Shown: in pieces, positions 58,244-64,000 of the stretch
Layout of the letters: each line of letters begins with the position of its first letter
Numbering within the stretch: position 1 is the stretch's first letter
Source of the DNA: Acidobacteriota bacterium
GTDB taxonomy: Bacteria; Acidobacteriota; UBA890; WLXD01
NCBI GenBank assembly: GCA_965248695.1
Contig: CBDFKD010000002.1
Span: forward strand, 5,152,001 to 5,216,000
DNA: 64,000 bases
Direction of reading: 5' to 3'
The notes under the pieces: generated by a model
What the model was told of the DNA's origin: nothing
Database searches by the model: none
The model's input: only the letters and a program-made list of their open reading frames with translations
Position numbers and translations under genes: made by a program

Positions 58244-59491
58244 ATGGCCTGGACGACTCCCAAGACATTCGTGGCCGGTGCCGTGCTGACGGCGGCGGAG
58301 CTGAACACGCATATGCGTGACAACCTGAACCATCTGTTCGACAGCATCGACGATGTCGGCACGCTCTTCAACATCGCCTCCAAGACGGCTGCCTACACCG
58401 CCACCACCGCCGACACGGTACTGCTGTGCGATGCCTCCTCGGGTGCCTTCACTCTCACGCTGCCGGCAGCCTCGGGCAACGCTGGGCTGTACTACCTGAT
58501 CAAGAAGATCGACTCCTCCGCCAACGCCATCACCATCGATGCCAACGGCTCAGAGACCATCGATGGGGCCACGACCTACGTGTCGGAGATGGAGGATCAA
58601 GCGGTACTGATCGTTTGCGATGGCTCCAACTGGGAGACGCTATCGCACACCGCCAACAGTCTGCTGAACGTGGTCTCCAAGACCAGCGCCTATACGGCCT
58701 CGGCCACCGTAGACCAGGTGATCTTGTGCGATGCTTCTTCGGCAGCTTTCACCCTCACGCTGCCAGCCGCTTCGAGCAACGCCGGGGTGTACCTGTACAT
58801 CAAAAAGATCGACTCCTCCGCCAACGCGGTGACGATCGATGGCAATGCCTCAGAGACCATCGATGGGGCCACCACGTTCGTGGTGAACTACGAGGATCAG
58901 GCCGTTGTCCTCGCGTGCGACGGGACCAACTGGGAGACGCTAGCGCGGACCAGCACGCCGGTCTCCGCAATGGCCTTGATCGCCGCGGCGACGCCAGCCA
59001 GCGGAACGATCTCGATGAGCTCCCTCACCACCACCGACTACGACGCGCTGTGGCTGGTGGTTACGGGTCTGGAGTCCGATACCGATCAGGATGAAGTAGA
59101 GATGCAGCTCAATGCCACCACCGCGGGCTACCACTATGCGGACGAGATCGTCAGCGAGACGACCATCGAGCAATCCTTCGGCGCCGGCAACGCCGGCTCG
59201 ATCAAGCTGCTGTCCAATAGCGTCGGGGCCCGGAGGCTGGGCAATGCCGCCGATGAGGGGGCGTTCTTTTCGGTCTGGATCGACAACGACCACCACGCCA
59301 ACGAGTTTCTGGTGTTTTACCAAGGCTCCTATGTGGACGCTGACGGCAGGCTCTGGTCCTCGCTCGGCGGCAGCGGCTGGGTGGATCTGGGCACCGCCAC
59401 CTCGATCACGCAGATTGACATCAAGGCCACCACGGGCAACCTGGATGCAGGCACAGCACGTTTGTACGGGCTCCGAAAGGCGGCGGCATGA
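58244..59491 (+). CDS. Tail fibre / receptor-binding protein with two internal repeats
   Basis: MAWTTP...LTAAELN..RDNL anchor; ~95-aa repeats at 58364-58645 and 58661-58945. Confidence 0.78.
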   Translation: MAWTTPKTFVAGAVLTAAELNTHMRDNLNHLFDSIDDVGTLFNIASKTAAYTATTADTVLLCDASSGAFTLTLPAASGNAGLYYLIKKIDSSANAITIDANGSETIDGATTYVSEMEDQAVLIVCDGSNWETLSHTANSLLNVVSKTSAYTASATVDQVILCDASSAAFTLTLPAASSNAGVYLYIKKIDSSANAVTIDGNASETIDGATTFVVNYEDQAVVLACDGTNWETLARTSTPVSAMALIAAATPASGTISMSSLTTTDYDALWLVVTGLESDTDQDEVEMQLNATTAGYHYADEIVSETTIEQSFGAGNAGSIKLLSNSVGARRLGNAADEGAFFSVWIDNDHHANEFLVFYQGSYVDADGRLWSSLGGSGWVDLGTATSITQIDIKATTGNLDAGTARLYGLRKAAA

Positions 59492-59916
59492 ACTACAAGC
59501 TCCTGGTGCGGGATGAGGACGGAGAGATCCTGGCCTCAAGGCGCGCACCGAAACAGCCGGATGGCTCCTATGAAGGGCAGCCCCTGGACTACGTCGCGCC
59601 CAACGATCCGAAGGCCGTGCGCTACGGCATCGACGAGGTTGTGGCCACGGACGTGTGGACGGGCTCCGGCGCCCTGCGCTCCGGCTACTCGGTGGTTGTG
59701 ATCGACTCCGCAGTGCACCCGAAGATGACAGCGCACAAGGTGCTGGAGGGGCAGCTGGTGGACAAGAGTGCCTCGGAGCGGGAGGCTTCGGAGCGGGCCT
59801 CCAAGCCGGCCGAGGAGCGCCGGCGCGAGGATGCGCTCGCGTGGCTGGCAGAAAACCCCGATGCGTTGGTGCCCGCCTCACGAGTGTTGCAGTTGATGGG
59901 GCAGGCGGATGCATGA
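59488..59916 (+). CDS. Hypothetical protein (possible tail fibre chaperone)
   Basis: ATGA-coupled to the fibre gene. Confidence 0.5.
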   Translation: MNYKLLVRDEDGEILASRRAPKQPDGSYEGQPLDYVAPNDPKAVRYGIDEVVATDVWTGSGALRSGYSVVVIDSAVHPKMTAHKVLEGQLVDKSASEREASERASKPAEERRREDALAWLAENPDALVPASRVLQLMGQADA

Positions 59917-60130
59917 GGGGGTCGCGCAGCTGGACTACGAGGCTCTGGAGCGGCTGTATTGGCAGCTACCGGAGCCGATGCGGAGCCAGTTTCAGCAGCA
60001 ACCGTGCATCCAGAAGGTACGGTGCCCACAGTGCCAGAGTCGACTGCTTGATCTACGAGGTAGCATCGCGCACATTAAGTGCAGGTGCGGCAAGGTCCAC
60101 AAGCTGGGCCGGCTGAGCCTGACAATCTAA
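59909..60130 (+). CDS. Mu Com-like zinc-finger RNA-binding regulator
   Basis: VRCPQCQSRLL...HIKCRCGK fits the Com pattern RCxxCxxLL...IxCxxC (second pair CxC here). Confidence 0.68.
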   Translation: MHEGVAQLDYEALERLYWQLPEPMRSQFQQQPCIQKVRCPQCQSRLLDLRGSIAHIKCRCGKVHKLGRLSLTI

Positions 60131-60174
60131 GAGCCCCGAGAGGGCCTAAAACCTAACCGAGACCCGAGAGGTCC
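60131..60174 (+). promoter_or_regulatory. Two GAGNNCC-NN-GAGNNCC boxes (putative Com-type RNA sites)
   Basis: GAGCCCCGAGAGGGCC at 60131-60146 and GAGACCCGAGAGGTCC at 60159-60174. Confidence 0.65.
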
Positions 60175-60198
60175 AGGCGTATTCGCCTGGGCCTTTTT
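60170..60198 (+). terminator. Intrinsic terminator upstream of lysis region
   Basis: 10-bp stem GGTCCAGGCG / CGCCTGGGCC (one G-U), TATT loop, then TTTTT. Confidence 0.8.
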
Positions 60199-60214
60199 GT
60201 ATGCAGAGACTCCG

Positions 60215-61249
60215 ATGACGAGCAACATGAATCGCCGGCAGCTGCTCAAGAGGGGCGGCGCCAGCAGCGCGCTGCTGGGCGTGGGCGACCTTTCCCCGCT
60301 GCTGGCCCCACGCATACTCGTGGGTCCCTTCGTACAGGAACTGCTCACGTACCGGCGCGCCACCCAGCTGCGACTCGTGCGTCAGGCCCAAGAGCTCGGT
60401 CTGGATGCCCTCGGCTTTTGCCTGTGGCCCATCGTGCCGGGGGGCGTGGAGATAATCCGCTACCCGGTGCCGTATGCCGGCTACGACCTGTCCCGGCCCA
60501 CGGTGCCGTACCAGCGACGCCTGCACGAGACCGTGAGTGCCTCGGTGGCGGCCGGCATCCGGCCCTACGTCTACGGGCCGATGTTCCCGGACCTACGCCG
60601 TTACCACCCGATGTTCGAGCGCATGAGGTTCGGTGGCCGCGGCATCCGTGCGGCGGACTGGGCCACTTGGAGCCCGCTGGCGCACGATGCCTGGAGCCAT
60701 TTCCTGTTGCGCATCCACGCCGAGTACGGCGACGCGGTGGCCTACGTGGACGGTGTGGAGCCATTCACGCGCTACCTGCCGCCGCCCCCGAACCACTTCA
60801 CGGCTCAGATGAGGCAGGCGCTCCCGGGCATCCTGTCGGCGGGCATCCACGAGCGTCACTTTAACCCCGGCGACTCCGACATCCCGCATGCCCGCGTCGT
60901 GGCTTCCGACGGCTGGGGCCGCAGCACGCGGCGCTGGCACTGGGGCCGCCCGACAACAGGGACGGGTCCCGTCCGCCGGCCCTTGGCGGCGCTGCCCCCG
61001 GGTAAGGCATCCGACCAGCGAACCGCTGAGGGCCAGGTGGCCTCCTACTTTCGTGGCGCTGCCGATACGGCCCAGGCGCAGGGCGCCGAGGCGTTCCTGG
61101 TGCTGCACACCCCTGGCTGGGTGGTGTCCTCGGAAAAGGAGGCCAAGGCGCAGGCCAACGACCCGGACCACTACCAGGGTCACCCGGCGGTGGCGAGTCT
61201 GCATGCACCGCCCTTCGGGGCCATCTATCAACAGCTGGCGGCGGCATGA
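60215..61249 (+). CDS. Phage protein with twin-arginine-like N-terminus, possibly glycoside hydrolase-like TIM barrel
   Basis: MNRRQLLK; GVEPF resembles the clan GH-A NEP motif; start 60215 or 60227. Confidence 0.5.
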   Translation: MTSNMNRRQLLKRGGASSALLGVGDLSPLLAPRILVGPFVQELLTYRRATQLRLVRQAQELGLDALGFCLWPIVPGGVEIIRYPVPYAGYDLSRPTVPYQRRLHETVSASVAAGIRPYVYGPMFPDLRRYHPMFERMRFGGRGIRAADWATWSPLAHDAWSHFLLRIHAEYGDAVAYVDGVEPFTRYLPPPPNHFTAQMRQALPGILSAGIHERHFNPGDSDIPHARVVASDGWGRSTRRWHWGRPTTGTGPVRRPLAALPPGKASDQRTAEGQVASYFRGAADTAQAQGAEAFLVLHTPGWVVSSEKEAKAQANDPDHYQGHPAVASLHAPPFGAIYQQLAAA

Positions 61250-61554
61250 GCGAGGAGCGGCTAGCGCGCATCGAGACGGCCGTGGCGCGCACGGAAGCCA
61301 ACGTGGCTGCCCTCAAAGGGGATGTCGAAACGCTCAATGAACGGCTGTGGAGGGGCAACGGCGGCAAGAGCCTCATGGTTCGCATAGAGCTGCTTGAGCA
61401 AACCCAGGTGACCACGGAGCACATCGAGCAGTTAGAAGCAGATCGAGAGAAACGAGAGGCAGCTCGCCGCTGGCACATCCGACACCTATGGGCCGCCATC
61501 GGAGCCGTGGTGGCCACCATCGTAGCCGGCTGGATCTTCGGAGGAGGGAGTTGA
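61246..61554 (+). CDS. Coiled-coil protein with C-terminal TM helix (lysis accessory / holin-like)
   Basis: Heptad pattern then LWAAIGAVVATIVAGWIF. Confidence 0.6.
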   Translation: MSEERLARIETAVARTEANVAALKGDVETLNERLWRGNGGKSLMVRIELLEQTQVTTEHIEQLEADREKREAARRWHIRHLWAAIGAVVATIVAGWIFGGGS

Positions 61555-61757
61555 TGAGCAAATTTTCGTTGTCTCAACGTGTAATGAAGCATCTGGGCCC
61601 GTGGCAGCGCGCGCAGTCGCTCGCAGTGCGGATCGCTAAGGCGGTGGTGCTGGTGTGCCTAGCGTTCGGCGTGGTGTTCGCCGGGTTTTTCGGCAAGGTG
61701 CTGATCGTCGTCGTGCTGCTCGGCTGGGCGGCGCTGGCGGTGCTGGTGGGGCTATGA
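61554..61757 (+). CDS. Small two-TM membrane protein (holin candidate)
   Basis: TGATG overlap, GGAG RBS, basic N-terminus and two hydrophobic segments. Confidence 0.55.
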   Translation: MSKFSLSQRVMKHLGPWQRAQSLAVRIAKAVVLVCLAFGVVFAGFFGKVLIVVVLLGWAALAVLVGL

Positions 61758-61788
61758 GACTCGCCGGCCTGCTCGCCTGGGGGCTGCC

Positions 61789-62145
61789 ATGAGCGACGAC
61801 AAGCGCCTGATTGCCGTGTTGGGAGGGCTAACAGGCGTCGGTGTCCTGCTGCTACTGCTGGGGCTGGCCTCCGAGGTCCGCACGGCGACCGGTGTCTCAC
61901 CCACGAATCTGGGGCTCGTGCTACAGGCATTCGGCAAACGCCTTCTGGCCGTGACGCTTGGCCTGGGGGTGCACCAGGTGATCGACCGCGCCTTCCTGCC
62001 GTTCCTGCGCATTGAGCAGGCCTTTCGCCGGGAGGGCAAGTTCTCCACCGATGCCATGAGCAATGAGGAGCGCATGGTGTGGGTCGCCGGTTGGTTCTTG
62101 ACCTTGGCGGTCATCGTCCTCGCCTTCGCCTCGGCGGCGAGCTAA
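61789..62145 (+). CDS. Holin candidate (2-3 TM)
   Basis: Hydrophobic helices; TAATG-coupled to endolysin. Confidence 0.6.
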   Translation: MSDDKRLIAVLGGLTGVGVLLLLLGLASEVRTATGVSPTNLGLVLQAFGKRLLAVTLGLGVHQVIDRAFLPFLRIEQAFRREGKFSTDAMSNEERMVWVAGWFLTLAVIVLAFASAAS

Positions 62146-62663
62146 TGGCCGGCGCGATCCAGGTCACAGCCGCGCTGTTGGCGGTGTTCTATGGCGAGCT
62201 CGCCGGCGCGGGGTTGCCACTCGATCCGTTCGAGTCGCGGTTTCGGGCGCAGATCCAAGTGGAGTCGGCTTGGCGGCCCGAGGCGCGCTCCAAGTACGCC
62301 GCCGGACTCGCACAGTTCACCCCTGCCACGTGGAGCGACATCGCGCCGTACACCGAGCCCTCGTGCGCTGGCGCCCCCGAGACTGACCCGGCCTGCTCGA
62401 TCCGCTCGCAGATCGTGTACATGCGCCGACTATTGATCCGATACAGCGACTCGGCGACCCCGGAGGACCAGTGGGCGTTTGCCTCGGCTGCCTACAACGG
62501 CGGTCCTGGATGGATCAGCCGCGAGAAGGCGCGGTGTGCGGCGGCTCCAGACTGCGAGCCGCGCCGCTGGTGGGGCCACGTCGAGCTGCACTGTTTACGC
62601 GCCGCGTGGGCGTGCCGTGAAAACCGCGCCTACCCGCGCAAAATCGTCGCGCGGCTGCCGTAG
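62145..62663 (+). CDS. Endolysin, SLT lytic transglycosylase
   Basis: QIQVES catalytic Glu, AAGLAQFTPAT, AYNGG, ENRAY motifs. Confidence 0.88.
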   Translation: MAGAIQVTAALLAVFYGELAGAGLPLDPFESRFRAQIQVESAWRPEARSKYAAGLAQFTPATWSDIAPYTEPSCAGAPETDPACSIRSQIVYMRRLLIRYSDSATPEDQWAFASAAYNGGPGWISREKARCAAAPDCEPRRWWGHVELHCLRAAWACRENRAYPRKIVARLP

Positions 62664-62670
62664 CGAAAGC

Positions 62671-63360
62671 ATGAGACTCCGCACTGCCATTCTCCTCATC
62701 GCCCTCGCCACCCTCGTGGGCTTCGGTGCCGGATGGTGGCACTTCGCACCCTCGCTGCTGTCGCCTGAGGGGCTGGTCGGGCTGGCCTCGGGGCTGCTGG
62801 ATCAGCAGCGCCGCGAGTCGCTGGCCCAGTACGAGGCGATGCAGGCGACCCACGCGGCCGAGATCGCCGCCTATGAAGCCGACCTCTCCGCTACAGAACG
62901 AGCGCTCGGCCAGCTGGGTCTCCGACTCGCCGAGCGCGATGCAGAGGCGGTCGAGGCGGAGCAGGCCCTTGGCCGCACTCTCCAGCTGGCGGCACAGCGC
63001 GAGGCGCAGCTGCGCGATGAGATCTTGGCGGCCGTCCCCGGGCTCGAGGTGCCCCTGGAGGAGCTACAGGCACAGCACCGCGGCGTGGTGAAGGGGTTCG
63101 AGCTACGGGTCAAGGCGCTGCAGCAGAGCGTCGAGACTCGTGACCAGCTGATCGTGAACCTGCGACAGCAGCTGGGTACCACTCGCCAGCTATACGAGAC
63201 AACGCAAGCGCGGCTCGACCTGGCGGAGGCGCGGCGCAAGAGCCTCGAAGGACGGCGCGTGCGGCTAGCTCCAGCGCTGCTGATCGGCGGGATACGCGAC
63301 CTGAGCGGCACAGACGGCTGGAGGGCTGGCGTCGCCGTCGGGATTGCGATCACCTGGTAG
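62671..63360 (+). CDS. Spanin-like protein (N-terminal TM, coiled coil, C-terminal beta-hairpin ending in Trp)
   Basis: Follows endolysin; ILLIALATLVGFGAGWW, long heptad region, GVAVGIAITW end. Confidence 0.6.
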   Translation: MRLRTAILLIALATLVGFGAGWWHFAPSLLSPEGLVGLASGLLDQQRRESLAQYEAMQATHAAEIAAYEADLSATERALGQLGLRLAERDAEAVEAEQALGRTLQLAAQREAQLRDEILAAVPGLEVPLEELQAQHRGVVKGFELRVKALQQSVETRDQLIVNLRQQLGTTRQLYETTQARLDLAEARRKSLEGRRVRLAPALLIGGIRDLSGTDGWRAGVAVGIAITW

Positions 63361-63412
63361 GAACCTCGAAGCTGCGCCTGACCAATCCGGTGCCGAGACG
63401 GTGAGGATGCAG

Positions 63413-64000
63413 CTAGCTGGAGTTGAACCGAACCTCTAGCTCCTTGACAACATCCAGCAGGGTTGCTGTCGACGCCGGTAACAATACGTAGTACAGCGGC
63501 TCTCCGTCTCCAGCACCGGCCCGCGGTTCGATAACAAAAACCTTTTCGGCGAGAGTTGCCGCAAATGACGTGACGCTGTCTTTGGCCTCGTAGGTCACGC
63601 GGTACCCGATGCGCAACGGGAGCAAATGGTGTTCGTCAGCGTAGGGGCTCACGGTTGCCGGTTCGAGGGTCTGCTCGACGAACTCCTGGAACGCAGAGGA
63701 GAACATCCGTCGAAAGTCGATGTCGAGGGTGCAGATGCAGAAACTGTCCTGTGTCTCTGCGATGGGGACCATCGCGTCAACGTCGCACAGGCCGGACTCG
63801 ACGAAACACTGCATGAGCTGGGCGTGGAACTCGTCCGCGTTTTCCGATGTGCCGAGCACCGTCGAGGAGATCCGCCGGGGCTCTACCCGCGTATGCATGA
63901 TCGGCACCGCCGTGTCTTCGTCCAGCTGGTACGCGCCCCTCTCGAATACCACGGTATCTAGCCCGGCTTCGCCCAGGTTCGGGTTTACGTTGTTGAAACC
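63413..64000 (-). CDS. Hypothetical protein, 5' end outside window (possible prophage cargo)
   Basis: Frame open from the window end to the stop at 63413; convergent with lysis genes; lower GC than neighbours. Confidence 0.55.
   Translation of the reverse strand, partial: GFNNVNPNLGEAGLDTVVFERGAYQLDEDTAVPIMHTRVEPRRISSTVLGTSENADEFHAQLMQCFVESGLCDVDAMVPIAETQDSFCICTLDIDFRRMFSSAFQEFVEQTLEPATVSPYADEHHLLPLRIGYRVTYEAKDSVTSFAATLAEKVFVIEPRAGAGDGEPLYYVLLPASTATLLDVVKELEVRFNSS

Larger units (their letters stand above)
36750..64000 (+). mobile_element. Prophage (siphovirus-like): packaging, head, tail and lysis modules; probably continues beyond the window
   Basis: Co-oriented terminase, portal, scaffold, capsid, neck, tail tube, chaperone, tape measure, fibre and lysis genes; no sheath gene; left boundary approximate; no integrase in window. 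Confidence 0.9.

Noticed and set aside
58364-58945. DGR template/variable repeat pair
   Set aside because: Both copies are in frame within one gene, differences are not adenine-specific, and no reverse transcriptase is in the window.

Overview
The window has two halves. 1-36.75 kb is high-GC chromosomal DNA whose gene content suggests an Acidobacteriota-like diderm (inference). It is rich in exported redox and hydrolytic enzymes: two PQQ-type dehydrogenases (one paired with a diheme cytochrome c), three Tat-signal spermidine-dehydrogenase-like flavoproteins (one internally deleted), two Rieske oxygenase alpha subunits that unexpectedly carry Tat signals, several hydrolases and two ABC transporters. 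It also holds an IS256 element inserted into one of two copies of an unrecognised, covarying, double-hairpin repeat. From about 36.75 kb to the end lies a siphovirus-like prophage that appears to truncate a sugar ABC permease gene. It runs from two DNA methyltransferases through terminase, portal, head, tail and lysis modules. The most notable signals are: (i) a Mu Com-like zinc-finger gene followed by two GAGNNCC-NN-GAGNNCC boxes, one overlapping an intrinsic terminator ahead of the lysis cassette (candidate antitermination switch); (ii) three tandem ~85-nt structured RNA units with CGGNG-loop hairpins before the major capsid gene; (iii) the composite structured repeat; (iv) Tat-signal Rieske oxygenases; (v) a spanin-like protein with a C-terminal beta-signal-like end. 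All family calls come from motif recognition by eye, without database searches.
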